Assembly: GCF_000009965.1 (NCBI RefSeq)
Contig: NC_006624.1
Span: 150,001-182,000, forward strand
Reading direction: 5' to 3'
Source of the DNA: Thermococcus kodakarensis KOD1
GTDB lineage: Archaea > Methanobacteriota_B > Thermococci > Thermococcales > Thermococcaceae
DNA length: 32,000 nucleotides
Each line of letters begins with the position of its first letter. Position 1 is the first letter of the stretch. Under the pieces are notes generated by a model. It had not been told where the DNA came from. It saw only the letters and a program-made list of their open reading frames with translations, and made no database searches. Below are positions 1 to 10,533 of the stretch, piece by piece. Made by a program: the position numbers and the translations under genes.

Positions 1-868
1 CCGTGAAGGCATCGTGAACCTCGAAGAAGTCGATGTCCTTAGCCGTTACCCCCGCCATCTTGTAGGCCTTCTCGGCCGCGACCTTGGCGGCTTTGAGCGT
101 CAGGAAGTCCTCTCTGTTTGCAAAGTTTATGGTGTCGATTGCCCTCCAGAATCCAGCGAGCTCGACCATCTTGTCCTTCGGGACACCGAGCTCCTTCGCC
201 TTCTCCTTTGAGGTTATTATCACAGCGGCTGCACCGTCGCACATTGGCGCAGCATCGAAGAGCTTGAGCGGGTCTGCAACGTAGGGACTCTTGAGGACGG
301 TATCAACCGTTATCGGCCTCTTGAACATAGCGTAGGGGTTCTTGGCACCGTTTGCGTGGGCGTTGACGGCGAAGTGGGCCAAGTCCTCCTCGGTGTAGCC
401 GTAGGTCTTCATGTAGAGCCTCATGATGAGAGCGTTAAGTGCCACGAAGCTAGCCCCGTGGAAGAGCTCGTACTCGGCGTCGGCCGCGTAGGCCAGATAT
501 CTGGTAGCGTCGCTCGGCCAGGCGTCGGTCATCTTCTCGACGCCGACGACGGCAACGATGTCCTCAAGGCCGGCCATTACGGCCTTTGCTCCTTCCTGAA
601 CGGCCGCACCGCCGCTTCCACAGGCGGCCTCAACCTTTACCGCTGGGATGTTTCCAAGGCCTGCCCAGTCGGCTATAAGGGCACCCAAGTTCTCCTGCTC
701 GATGAATGAGCCTGAGGCCATGTTTCCAACGTAGAGCGAATCAACCTTGTCTATTCCAGCGTCGTCCATCGCATTGAGAAGGGCCTCAACGGCCATGTCC
801 CTGAGTGAGACTCTCCAGTGCTCGCCGACGGGAACCATACCAACTCCAATTATGACGGGCTTCTCCAT
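1..868 (-). CDS. acetyl-CoA C-acetyltransferase (archaeal thiolase), partial; C-terminal end runs off the window
   Basis: The minus-strand frame is open from the window edge to the ATG at 868. My translation reads MEKPVIIGVGMVPVGEHWRVSLRDMAVEALL...KVEAACGSGGAAV, with the thiolase nucleophile-Cys context EAACGSG. It starts 10 nt after the HMG-CoA synthase stop, the usual archaeal mevalonate gene order. It is absent from the ORF track because it is truncated by the edge. Confidence 0.85.
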   Translation of the reverse strand, partial: MEKPVIIGVGMVPVGEHWRVSLRDMAVEALLNAMDDAGIDKVDSLYVGNMASGSFIEQENLGALIADWAGLGNIPAVKVEAACGSGGAAVQEGAKAVMAGLEDIVAVVGVEKMTDAWPSDATRYLAYAADAEYELFHGASFVALNALIMRLYMKTYGYTEEDLAHFAVNAHANGAKNPYAMFKRPITVDTVLKSPYVADPLKLFDAAPMCDGAAAVIITSKEKAKELGVPKDKMVELAGFWRAIDTINFANREDFLTLKAAKVAAEKAYKMAGVTAKDIDFFEVHDAFT

Positions 869-878
869 TTCAACCACC

Positions 879-1931
879 TCACAGTATGTACTTGCCCCTG
901 TGCTTCGCGTAGAGGGCGTAGTCTATGTACTTCTTTCTGTTCACGTAGTCCATGGTCTTTGGAGCCAGGTCCCTCTTCTCCTCTATCGCGTCCTGGACGA
1001 CGAGGCTGAATGCGTCACTTCCAGCTCCTGAACCAAAGCTTACCCACAGAATCCTGTCGCCGGGCTTGGCTATGTCGAGAACCGCCGATACACCCACGAG
1101 GGTAGCGCCGCTGTATGTGTTGCCTATTATTCCGCTGAGGAGTCCTGGAAGGACCTTCTCCTTCGGGAAGCCGAGGATTTTGGCGGCGGTGAGCGGGAAC
1201 TTGACGTTCGGCTGGTGGAAGACGGCGTAGTCGAAGTCGTTCGGCGTGTAGCCGAGCTCCTCCATGAGGGTCTTTGCGGCGTTTATTATCTGGTGGAAGT
1301 AGGCGGGCTCACCTGTGAAGCGGTTACCGTGCCTCGGGTAGTGCTCGTGCTGCCTCCTCCAGAAGTCGGGGGTGTCGGTGACGTATGAGTAGCTCGCCTC
1401 GAAGTAAGCCAGGGTCTCGGAGCTCTTTGGAGCGAGAATGTAGGCGGCTCCTCCTGCCGCGGCCGTGAACTCAAGGTGGTCGCCGGGCCTGCCCTGCGAG
1501 GTGTCTGCACCGATAGCCATCGCGTAGTCGGCCATTCCCGAACCGACGAAGCCAATAGCTGCCTGTATAGCCTCGGTTCCGGCCTTGCAGGCAAACTCAA
1601 AGTCAGCGGCATCTAAATCTGGCGTTGCACCAATTGCCTCGGCTATAACCGTTCCGCTCGGCTTGACGGCGTAGGGCTTGCTCTCGGTTCCGAGCCAGAT
1701 GGCCCTGATAAGCTTAGGGTCGATCTGGGCCCTCTTGAGGGCGTTTCTCGCGGCTTCAATGCCGATTGTTATCGTATCCTCATCAAGACCGGGGACGGAC
1801 TTCTCCTGGATCGGGAAGCTGCTAACTCCCCAGACCCTTCCTATCTCCTCTGCCTTGATTCTATACATCGGCACGTAGGCGCCGTAGCCGATAATGCCGA
1901 CCTCCCTCTTGGGCTTCAGGAGTTTGCTCAT
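879..1931 (-). CDS. hydroxymethylglutaryl-CoA synthase
   Basis: 350-aa ORF of the thiolase-fold condensing-enzyme type ([26 protein letters not shown] active-site Cys region). A GGTGAT SD sits 5 nt before the ATG. It is adjacent to the thiolase gene. Confidence 0.9.
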   Translation of the reverse strand: MSKLLKPKREVGIIGYGAYVPMYRIKAEEIGRVWGVSSFPIQEKSVPGLDEDTITIGIEAARNALKRAQIDPKLIRAIWLGTESKPYAVKPSGTVIAEAIGATPDLDAADFEFACKAGTEAIQAAIGFVGSGMADYAMAIGADTSQGRPGDHLEFTAAAGGAAYILAPKSSETLAYFEASYSYVTDTPDFWRRQHEHYPRHGNRFTGEPAYFHQIINAAKTLMEELGYTPNDFDYAVFHQPNVKFPLTAAKILGFPKEKVLPGLLSGIIGNTYSGATLVGVSAVLDIAKPGDRILWVSFGSGAGSDAFSLVVQDAIEEKRDLAPKTMDYVNRKKYIDYALYAKHRGKYIL

Positions 1932-2078
1932 ATGACATCACCTTCAAACTTTGAAAAGTCCCTGGGGACTGTGAGAAAGGGCCTTATAAAAGTCTTTCGG
2001 TAAAAGTGAAAGAGTTTTTAGACGATTGTCGAGAAAGGGTATATAAGGGATGAGACCTATTCAGCTTGAGGTGTTTTT

Positions 2079-2747
2079 ATGAAGTATGAGATAATCCACA
2101 GGCCGAGCTTTTCTCTCCTTGAGATCGAACTTGAGAGGGGAGAGGCGGTACAGGCGGAAGCCGGGGCCATGGTGCACATGAGCCCGACTATAAAGCTGGA
2201 GACCAAGGCTAAGGGCGGCGTTTTTGGTGCGCTTAAGCGCTCAATGCTCGGGGGAGAGAGCTTCTTCGTGAACACGTTCAGGGCGGAAGACGGACCTGGG
2301 AGCATCGGTCTTGCTCCAGCATATATGGGAGACATTGAGGCCTTTGAGCTTGATGGAACTCTCTACGCCCAGAGCGGTGCCTTCCTGGCGAGCTATGGTG
2401 ACATCGACATAGATACCAAATGGGGCGGCGCTAAAACCTTCTTCGGCAGGGAAGGTCTGTTCCTCCTTAAGATGAGCGGAAGGGGAATCGTTTTCCTTTC
2501 GAGCTTCGGGGCAATCTACAAGAAGGAACTCCACAACGAGCGCTTTATAATAGACACCGGTCACATGGTGGCCTTCAGCGAGGGTCTTGACTTCAACGTG
2601 AAGCGCGTCGGCGGTCTTAAGAGCACCCTCTTCAGCGGAGAGGGTCTTGTGGCGGAGTTCTACGGAACTGGAACGCTCTACATCCAGACGAGGAGCATGG
2701 ACAGCTTCCTGAGCTGGCTCGTTCCACATCTGCCGAAGAGAGACTGA
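2079..2747 (+). CDS. AIM24 / DUF124 (TIGR00266-like) family protein
   Basis: 222-aa ORF (MKYEIIHRPSFSLLEIELERGEAVQAEAGAMVHM...) whose repeated beta-rich pattern is typical of the family. GAGGTG SD, with the TATA-like GGTATATAAGG about 35 nt upstream. Confidence 0.6.
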   Translation: MKYEIIHRPSFSLLEIELERGEAVQAEAGAMVHMSPTIKLETKAKGGVFGALKRSMLGGESFFVNTFRAEDGPGSIGLAPAYMGDIEAFELDGTLYAQSGAFLASYGDIDIDTKWGGAKTFFGREGLFLLKMSGRGIVFLSSFGAIYKKELHNERFIIDTGHMVAFSEGLDFNVKRVGGLKSTLFSGEGLVAEFYGTGTLYIQTRSMDSFLSWLVPHLPKRD

Positions 2748-2804
2748 AGTCTTCTCTTCTTTTTTGTCTTGCTTTAACACAGAAAAAACGTAGAAGAGGA
2801 AAAA
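2748..2804. terminator. bidirectional oligo-T terminator region between convergent genes
   Basis: T6 run at 2760-2765 on the plus strand. T5/T6 runs on the minus strand (reverse complement of agaaaaaacg...gaaaaatc). This matches the archaeal oligo-T termination signal. Confidence 0.4.
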
Positions 2805-3485
2805 TCAAGGCTTCCTCACAACAAAGAGTGCGTGGTCCTTCTCGTAGGGCTCGAGCGAAAGCCTCTCGACGACCTCGAAGTAGGTCGAAAGCTCTTTCTC
2901 GACCTCCTTGAAGACCTGCTCCGGCTCCTTGGTGACGTCTATGCTCCTGCTCTTGACGGATATCATTCCGTAGCCGCCGCTCTTGAGGTAGACCTTGGCG
3001 TTGTCTATTAGTATCTTCGCCTGCGTCGGCTGGGCAACGTCCTCGAAGATAACGTCCACCTTCGGAACGAGCGCGCGGTAGCCTTCGGGCTTGGTGGCAT
3101 CGCCAAGGATTGGCACGATGTTCCTCCTCTCCTCGACGAGCGGTACGAGCTCCCTGAGAACCCTCGGCGAGAACTCGACGCCAAAGACCTTGCCCTCCCA
3201 GCCAACGATGTCGCTGACGTGGGAAGCGGTGGTTCCGCTCGCGACACCGAGGTAGAGTACCGTTGAGCCCGGCTTTATCGGGAAGTTCTTGAGGCCGTTG
3301 AGGATGGCCGCTCCAAGCTTTGACCTCGTCGGGTTCCAAATCCTGTACTCTTCGCCTTCGAACTTGACCACCCTCTCGCCGTAGACCCTCTGGCCCGGAA
3401 CGAGGTTCTTGGTCGCTATCTTCTCGCTACCGTCGTCATCAATAACTATGTAAACGCCCGGGAACCTGTGCTTCTTAACCTTCAT
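2805..3485 (-). CDS. flpA: fibrillarin-like rRNA/tRNA 2'-O-methyltransferase
   Basis: Sequence [39 protein letters not shown]...[14 protein letters not shown] (SAM-binding motif). I prefer the ATG at 3485, which has the AGGTGATC SD overlapping the nop5 stop, over the GTG at 3494 given in the ORF track. Confidence 0.95.
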
Positions 3486-3490
3486 CTTGA

Positions 3491-4756
3491 TCACCTCTTA
3501 CCGCCCTTACCCTTCTTCTTTTTCTTTTTGTCCTTCTTTCCGCCGAAGCCCTTGCCCTTCTCGTGCTTTCCTTTTCCTTTGCCCTTGAACTTCTTCTTTT
3601 CCTTCTTTTTCTTCTCGGGCTTGGCCTTCCTCTTCGGCGGGTTCGGGTACTTCTCCTTGATCTCCTGAATCCTCTGCTCAAGCTCCTTCTTCAGCTCCTC
3701 ACCTATGTATTCGCCGGAGAAGTAGTCCACCCTTGCCGCTATCGCGAGCTTTCCTGCCAGAGCGCGGGCTATCTTACCCCTCTGCCACCAGGGTGAGCGG
3801 TTTATAGCCGGATACTGGAAGATGACACCGTGCTTGGGCGGCTTTGCACCCGTCCTGAGGTGCCTGAAGAGGGCTTTTTCGGCTCCGAGAACCTGTATGG
3901 TCGATGCCGGCATCATGGCGAGCTCTTTCAATCCACCTGCGAGGCTCATGAGTCTGGCAGCAAGCTTCGCCCCGACGAGCGCCTTGAGGTTCGGAGCAAC
4001 TTCGTCCATGGCAGTCTCAAGGTAGTCCTCTATCTGCTCCCTCAGCTTGTAGAGGTCGTGTATCTCGCTGGCCAACTTCTGGATTATGGCGCTGTCGAAC
4101 TTGCCGAGCGGGGCGCCCATTGACTTCTCGGCCGCTTCAAGGATTTTCTCTATCTTGCCCTCGGAGAAGCCGAGCTTCTCAAGCTTCTCCCTGGTCGCGT
4201 TCTCCCTCGGGCCGATCTCCTTAACGAACGCAACGTACTGAGGGTGCTTCGGGAGGAGTTCATCGAGCTCCGGGAAGTGGAGACCGTACCACTCCCTAAG
4301 ACGAGAAACGAGGAGGTTTATGACCTTGTCAATGTCGTCGAGGGCCTCGATGGCCTGGATGATCATCTTATCGCGAGCGCCGCTCTGCTCCTGTATGCGG
4401 AGCCTGGTCAGGGCAACACCAACGCTGAAGTACTCGTCGAACCAGTTCTCGCCCAGGAACTCCTCGGGGCTTGAGCGGAGCTTTTCGCCAGCTATGTTCG
4501 GGAACTCGGCTGTGGCGTTGTAGCCGAGCTCCTTGAGGTTTCTGCTCAGCTCGGAGTCCTCGACCACGAACTCGGTGTAGCCTTCGCTTCCAAGCTCGTC
4601 GAGAAACTCTATGAGCTCGTCGCTCGGCTCGCCCTTGAGGAGCTTGTCAAGGCTTACCTCCGGCTTCCCGCTGAAGGGTTTGCTCCCTATGAGCTTCCCG
4701 CTCTCGTCAAAGGCGTAGATGCCCCTGACGTTCTCGGCTATGTAAGCTTTCATCAT
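3491..4756 (-). CDS. nop5: Nop5 (Nop56/58) C/D-box sRNP core protein with Lys-rich C-terminal tail
   Basis: 421 aa containing a NOP domain ([20 protein letters not shown]). The C-terminal tail is KKE/GKG-rich. It lies immediately upstream of fibrillarin, to which it appears translationally coupled. Confidence 0.95.
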
Positions 4757-4847
4757 TAACCACCCCTTTGTTTTTGTCGCTGGAGTATAAAAGGCATACT
4801 CCTTTTAAGCCATACCGTTGAGCTCGAAAAGAAAAGGAAGAAAAGCC

Positions 4848-5993
<1,146 letters not shown>

Positions 5994-6059
5994 TTAATTC
6001 CGATGTATATGTTTGATGACGTGAACTGATGTGTTCATTAGGTTTAGGTGGTGATGGTA

Positions 6060-7313
6060 ATGCAGGAAAAGCTTGAGAACAAACTCGCGGCCCAACCCCT
6101 GGACTTCGAGTCATTTTTCTCACAAAAGGCTATGGAGATGAAGGCTTCTGAGGTTAGGGAGCTCCTCAAACTCGTTGAAACGAGCGACGTTATAAGTCTC
6201 GCGGGGGGTCTCCCCGCCCCCGAGACGTTTCCCGTTGATATTATAAAGGAGATCACTATGGAAGTCCTCTCAAAGCACGCGGACAAGGCCCTCCAGTACG
6301 GAACGACCAAGGGCTTCACTCCGCTCCGCCTTGCCCTGGCTAGGTGGATGGAAAAGCGCTACGGAATCCCAATGAGCAAGGTCGAGGTAATGATAGTCGC
6401 AGGAAGCCAGCAGGCGCTTGACTTGATAGGAAGGGTCTTCATTGATCCGGGAGACATCGTGGTGGTTGAGGCGCCGACCTACCTTGCCGCCCTCAACGCC
6501 TTCAAGTTCTATGATCCTGAGTTCATCTCAATCCCTCTGGACGACGATGGAATGAAAGTCGACGTCCTGGAAGAGAAACTTAAAAAGCTGAAGGCCGAAG
6601 GAAAGAGGATAAAGTTTGTCTACACTGTCTCAACCTTCCAGAACCCCGCTGGAGTGACGATGAGCCTCGAGAGGAGAAAGCACCTAATAGAGCTGGCTAA
6701 CGAGTACGACTTCCTCATCGTTGAGGACAACCCGTACAGTGAGCTCCGTTATTCGGGCGAACCGATACCCCCGATAAAGCACTTCGACGATGAAGGTCGT
6801 GTTATCTACCTAGGCACGTTCTCGAAGATATTCGCCCCCGGCTTCCGCCTTGGATGGGTCTCGGCTCACCCGCACTTCATCAGGAAGATGGAGATTGCAA
6901 AGCAGGCCGTTGACCTCTGTGCGAACCCGTTCGGTCAGGTCATAGCTTGGAAGTACGTGGAAGACGGCCACCTCGACAGGCACATTCCAAGGGTCATCGA
7001 GTTCTACAAGCCGAGGAGGGATGCGATGCTCGAGGCCCTCGAAGAGTACATGCCAGAGGGGGTCAGGTGGACGAAGCCAGACGGAGGCATGTTCATATGG
7101 GTGACCCTTCCTGAGGGCATCGACACCAAGCTAATGATGGAGAAGGCGGTCGCCAAGGGAGTTGCCTACGTCCCGGGTGAGGCTTTCTTTGCCCACAGAG
7201 AAGTTAAGAACACAATGAGGCTCAACTTCACCTACGTCCCGGAGGAGAAGATTAGGGAAGGAGTCAGGAGGCTCGCCGAGGTAATAGAGGAGGAGATAAA
7301 GAAGCTCAAGTGA
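6060..7313 (+). CDS. PLP-dependent aminotransferase, class I/II
   Basis: Motifs NPYSELRY and TFSKIFAPGFRLGW (PLP-lysine region). The AGGTGGTGAT SD favours the ATG at 6060; GTG 6048 and ATG 6054 remain possible. Confidence 0.85.
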   Translation: MQEKLENKLAAQPLDFESFFSQKAMEMKASEVRELLKLVETSDVISLAGGLPAPETFPVDIIKEITMEVLSKHADKALQYGTTKGFTPLRLALARWMEKRYGIPMSKVEVMIVAGSQQALDLIGRVFIDPGDIVVVEAPTYLAALNAFKFYDPEFISIPLDDDGMKVDVLEEKLKKLKAEGKRIKFVYTVSTFQNPAGVTMSLERRKHLIELANEYDFLIVEDNPYSELRYSGEPIPPIKHFDDEGRVIYLGTFSKIFAPGFRLGWVSAHPHFIRKMEIAKQAVDLCANPFGQVIAWKYVEDGHLDRHIPRVIEFYKPRRDAMLEALEEYMPEGVRWTKPDGGMFIWVTLPEGIDTKLMMEKAVAKGVAYVPGEAFFAHREVKNTMRLNFTYVPEEKIREGVRRLAEVIEEEIKKLK

Positions 7314-7380
7314 ACTCTCTTTCATGTCTGCTACCTATACTTTTTTATTTGCTTGTCCCTAGTTTTCTCCGGTGAGACTT

Positions 7381-8232
7381 ATGCGTCCAATCATAGCCAT
7401 AATCGGTACTTCCAGAGATGGATACACCCTGGCGAATACACATCACTTCAGGAAGGTTCTTGAGGCGGGCGGTCTTCCAGTGCTATTCAGCCCTGAGGGA
7501 GATCCCGAGGACGTTATAGAGGTCGCGGACGGCATACTCCTCGTTGAGGGCCCGGACATTCATCCCAGGTTCTACGGCGAGGATCCCTCACTCAGCCTCA
7601 GGGATGTGGACGTTGCCAAGGACGAGTTCGAAATAACCCTGGTCAAACTGGCGATTGATGGGGAAATTCCAATTCTCGGCGTGGGCAGGGGAATGCAGAT
7701 AATAAACGTCGCCCTCGGGGGGACGCTGTACCAGGACGTATATGAAATTCCGAAAGCCATAAAACACGACTGGGAGATCGGCAGGGTCAGGCCTGACCAG
7801 AAGCTCCACACGGTAAGGGTAAAAACGGACTCAAAGCTCTACAACATCCTCAAAGACGTCCTGGTCATCGAGGGCACGAACGATGCCTGGACCTGGGTAA
7901 ACAGCTTCCACCACCAGGCCGTTAAGAAGGTTGGAGAGGGTCTCAGGCAGGTGGCCTTTTCCGTCGATGGTCTCATAGAGGGCATTGAGTCCACCGACGA
8001 GAGCTTCGTTATTGGCGTTCAGTGGCAGCCCGAGTATCTGGATGAGATGAAAGTCCTGTATGAGGCGCTGGTGAAGGCGGCTCTCGGTCATCAGGAGAGG
8101 AAGCACGAGATTGAACTGATTCAGCTGGAAGAAGAAGCAAAGAAGAGGCTTGCCCAGGAGACTACGGAACAAGATGAGACCCATCACACGTCGGAAACGA
8201 GCGATAACCTTCCCGACACGACCCAAACGTGA
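7381..8232 (+). CDS. class I glutamine amidotransferase / peptidase C26-like protein, predicted catalytically inactive
   Basis: Fold motifs are conserved (PILGVGRGMQIINVALGGTLYQD, NSFHHQAV, GVQWQPE). However, the nucleophile position is Gly (GGC 7684-7686) and the triad His position is Gln (CAG 8026-8028). Start taken at ATG 7381 after GGTGA. Confidence 0.75.
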   Translation: MRPIIAIIGTSRDGYTLANTHHFRKVLEAGGLPVLFSPEGDPEDVIEVADGILLVEGPDIHPRFYGEDPSLSLRDVDVAKDEFEITLVKLAIDGEIPILGVGRGMQIINVALGGTLYQDVYEIPKAIKHDWEIGRVRPDQKLHTVRVKTDSKLYNILKDVLVIEGTNDAWTWVNSFHHQAVKKVGEGLRQVAFSVDGLIEGIESTDESFVIGVQWQPEYLDEMKVLYEALVKAALGHQERKHEIELIQLEEEAKKRLAQETTEQDETHHTSETSDNLPDTTQT

Positions 8233-9001
8233 TTCCCTTCTCGGTTATCTTCTTTTCTGCTTCCCTCAGGATGGGCATTCTGACGTCCTTTGGGAGGTAG
8301 TAGTAGCCCCCTATCCTCTCTCCCCTCTCGTAAAGCGGCCACAGCTTTTCCATAAGCTCCGGGAACTTTGCAAACATCCTCTTTTTTGAGTCGGGCCTGA
8401 GCTTGAGGGTGGAGACCGTTATGTGGCTCACAAAGGAAAGTGCATCAAGCGTCTCGTCGAAGTCTTCCCATGTGTAGTAGGGGATTATCGGGTCTATCCG
8501 GGCGTAGACAGGAATGCCTGCATCTTTCGCTTTTTTCAGTGCCTTCATCCTTCTCTTTGGAGATGGGGCGTTGGGTTCAAGGAGCTTTGCCTTCTTTTCG
8601 TCCACAGTCGTTACAGTTACTCCAACAGCGCACCTCAGCTCGCTCAGGATGTCTATATCCCTCTCAAAGATGTCGGACTTCGTCAAAAGGAGGCAACGGA
8701 CGTTGTACCCCCTAAAAAGCTCGAGGACCTTTCTGGTAATCCCAAGCTCCCGTTCTATGGTTGGATACGGATCGGATGAGTATGAAAGTGCCACTATTGC
8801 GTTTTTGTCGAGCTTTCTGAGTTCCTTTTCAAGCTTGGGGAGAAGACCCTCTTTAGTCCTCACGCGGAAGGCGTTGGGAATGTAGCTGGTTATGTAGCAG
8901 TAAACGCATGCATGGTCGCAACCGGTGTAAGGGTTGAGGGTGTACTTGAAGGGGCAGGTACAGAGGGGGCTTTTCCAGGGGTCGAATGGCCTTATGTACA
9001 T
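8162..9001 (-). CDS. radical SAM protein (COG1533 / SPL-like family)
   Basis: Has the CxxxCxxC cluster motif GCDHACVYCY. The start is either ATG 9001 (MYIRPFDPW) or ATG 9022. The 3' end overlaps the convergent gene by 71 nt. Confidence 0.8.
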   Translation of the reverse strand: MYIRPFDPWKSPLCTCPFKYTLNPYTGCDHACVYCYITSYIPNAFRVRTKEGLLPKLEKELRKLDKNAIVALSYSSDPYPTIERELGITRKVLELFRGYNVRCLLLTKSDIFERDIDILSELRCAVGVTVTTVDEKKAKLLEPNAPSPKRRMKALKKAKDAGIPVYARIDPIIPYYTWEDFDETLDALSFVSHITVSTLKLRPDSKKRMFAKFPELMEKLWPLYERGERIGGYYYLPKDVRMPILREAEKKITEKGITFGSCREGYRSFPTCDGSHLVP

Positions 9002-9057
9002 GGTCTCCACTTGGAAAGACATTTAAAAAAGTAAACCTTAGCGCTCTCGGTGGTCTC

Positions 9058-9468
9058 ATGGTCAAAGGGGCAGTAAAGTGGGTTCCTGGTGAGGAGTTTC
9101 AGTTCATCGGAAGGATGGAAGACGACAAGTGCTCCGTCATCCTGGGTGATGGCGGTATAAGTCCAATGAAGCTCCTCCTCCTGAGCGTGGCCGGGTGCAC
9201 GGCCTACGACGTCGTCATGATCCTTCAAAAGATGAGGGAGCAGATAAAGGGGCTGGAAGTCGAGATTTCTGGAGAAAGGCGCGAGGAGCACCCGCGCATC
9301 TACACCAAAGTCCATATCCACTACAAGATATACGGAAACGTTAAAGAGGAGAAGGCTAGAAGGGCCATAGAACTCAGCCAGGACAAATACTGCTCGGCAT
9401 CAGCACACGTAAAGCTCAGCGGTGCCGAGCTTACATACTCCCTTGAGATAGTCCCTGATGATGAGTAA
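9058..9468 (+). CDS. osmC: OsmC/Ohr family peroxiredoxin-like protein
   Basis: Both family cysteines are present (LLSVAGCTAYD and QDKYCSASAHV). ATG 9058 follows a GGTGGT SD, and the upstream extension in the ORF track is unlikely. Confidence 0.85.
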   Translation: MVKGAVKWVPGEEFQFIGRMEDDKCSVILGDGGISPMKLLLLSVAGCTAYDVVMILQKMREQIKGLEVEISGERREEHPRIYTKVHIHYKIYGNVKEEKARRAIELSQDKYCSASAHVKLSGAELTYSLEIVPDDE

Positions 9469-9513
9469 ACCCGTTGCTGAGAAAAAGATGATGATGGATG
9501 GACCAGCTGACCT
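9455..9513 (+). ncRNA. C/D-box sRNA (2'-O-methylation guide)
   Basis: Full canonical architecture. C box ATGATGA 9458-9464; 12-nt guide GTAAACCCGTTG 9465-9476; D' box CTGA 9477-9480; 7-nt spacer; C' box ATGATGA 9488-9494; 12-nt guide TGGATGGACCAG 9495-9506; D box CTGA 9507-9510. A T-run follows. It overlaps the osmC stop codon (9466-9468). Confidence 0.75.
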
Positions 9514-9520
9514 TTCTTTT

Positions 9521-10087
9521 TTAAAGCTCCCCACACAGCTCCGCGAAGTTGCGGTAGATGTCCGCTCCGTGTTCGGTGTGGGCAACCTCCGGGTGGAACT
9601 GAACGCCGTAGATAGGGAGGCTTTCGTGCTTCATTGCCTCGACGGGACAGGTCTCGCTCCTGGCTAAGAGCTTGAAACCTGGAGGGAGCTCCTTGACCTC
9701 GTCCATGTGGCTCTCCCAGACCCTCAGCTTCCTCGGAAGCCCCCTGAATATATCATTCTCGTCGAGTATCTCTATCTCGACGAGGCTGTATTCGGCCTTC
9801 TCTCCCCTTCCGACCTTTCCTCCGAAGTGCTTTGCTATGAGCTGGTGGCCGAGACAGATGCCGAGTATCGGAACGTTGAACTCGTCGTAGTGCTCAAGGA
9901 TGGCGGAGCAGTTTCCTGTTTTATTTATGTCCGGGCCTCCCGAGAAGATTATCCCCTTCGGCTTCATCGCCTTGATCTCCTCAAGCGGCGTCGTGTTCGG
10001 GATTATCTTCGCCTCAACGCCGAGGTAGCGAAGGGTTCTCCAAATCCTGTGGACGTATTGGCCCCCGTTGTCCATTATGACTATCAT
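9521..10087 (-). CDS. guaA: GMP synthase (glutamine-hydrolysing) subunit A, amidotransferase
   Basis: [23 protein letters not shown]. Nucleophile elbow GICLGHQ and triad FHPE are intact. The ATG overlaps the vapC stop (ATGA). Confidence 0.95.
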   Translation of the reverse strand: MIVIMDNGGQYVHRIWRTLRYLGVEAKIIPNTTPLEEIKAMKPKGIIFSGGPDINKTGNCSAILEHYDEFNVPILGICLGHQLIAKHFGGKVGRGEKAEYSLVEIEILDENDIFRGLPRKLRVWESHMDEVKELPPGFKLLARSETCPVEAMKHESLPIYGVQFHPEVAHTEHGADIYRNFAELCGEL

Positions 10088-10533
10088 CCATTCACCCCCG
10101 CGAGCTTGAAAAACTCATCGGCCTCTTCAGTGAGGTAGAAAGCTTTCACACCGGCAGACCTGGCCATTTCGGCCATTTTTCGGTCGTTGGTCAGGAGAAG
10201 GGCGTTGATATGTTGTGCAGTCGCAACGAAGTAGAGGTCAGGAATGCGATGACCGGTTGAAAAGGCGAGTTCAAGGATCCTATCGGACAAAAGGCCTTCT
10301 CCCACAAAGTCTGCAACGAGTTCCATATATATTTCGTGAGCTTCCCTCACCATCTCTTGGGAAAGGAATCTAGATAGAACTGATACGAACTCGAACTCCC
10401 CGAGCCGCGGAGCATAGATTTCAAGAATGCCCATTTCCGAGAGCTTGGCGATCCTTTTGGCGACTTCAGACCTGTCGGGATAAAAACTGGAAAAAAGATT
10501 AACCACAACAGAGGTATCGAGGACAACTTTCAT
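10084..10533 (-). CDS. vapC: PIN-domain ribonuclease toxin (VapC-like)
   Basis: 149 aa. PIN acidic residues are in the expected contexts ([11 protein letters not shown]..., ...LLTNDRKM). It overlaps the upstream small ORF by 4 nt. Confidence 0.85.
   Translation of the reverse strand: MKVVLDTSVVVNLFSSFYPDRSEVAKRIAKLSEMGILEIYAPRLGEFEFVSVLSRFLSQEMVREAHEIYMELVADFVGEGLLSDRILELAFSTGHRIPDLYFVATAQHINALLLTNDRKMAEMARSAGVKAFYLTEEADEFFKLAGVNG

Noticed and set aside
3505-3650. Pyrimidine-rich low-complexity tract that looks repeat-like
   Set aside because: It simply encodes the KKE/GKG-rich C-terminal tail of Nop5 on the other strand. It has no unit repeat or spacer structure, so it is not a CRISPR array or a tandem repeat.
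2632-3681. Arg/Lys-rich ORFs (2632-3339, 3008-3247, 3475-3681 minus; 3468-3668 plus) overlapping fibrillarin and the nop5 tail
   Set aside because: These are alternative or antisense frames of well-supported genes, and their composition is an artefact of the Lys-rich tail and codon bias.
6011-6030. TGATGA followed 6 nt later by CTGA upstream of the aminotransferase (possible C/D or k-turn motif)
   Set aside because: The box spacing is far too short for a guide. There is no second box pair, the base before the C box is not a purine, and the flanks are not complementary.
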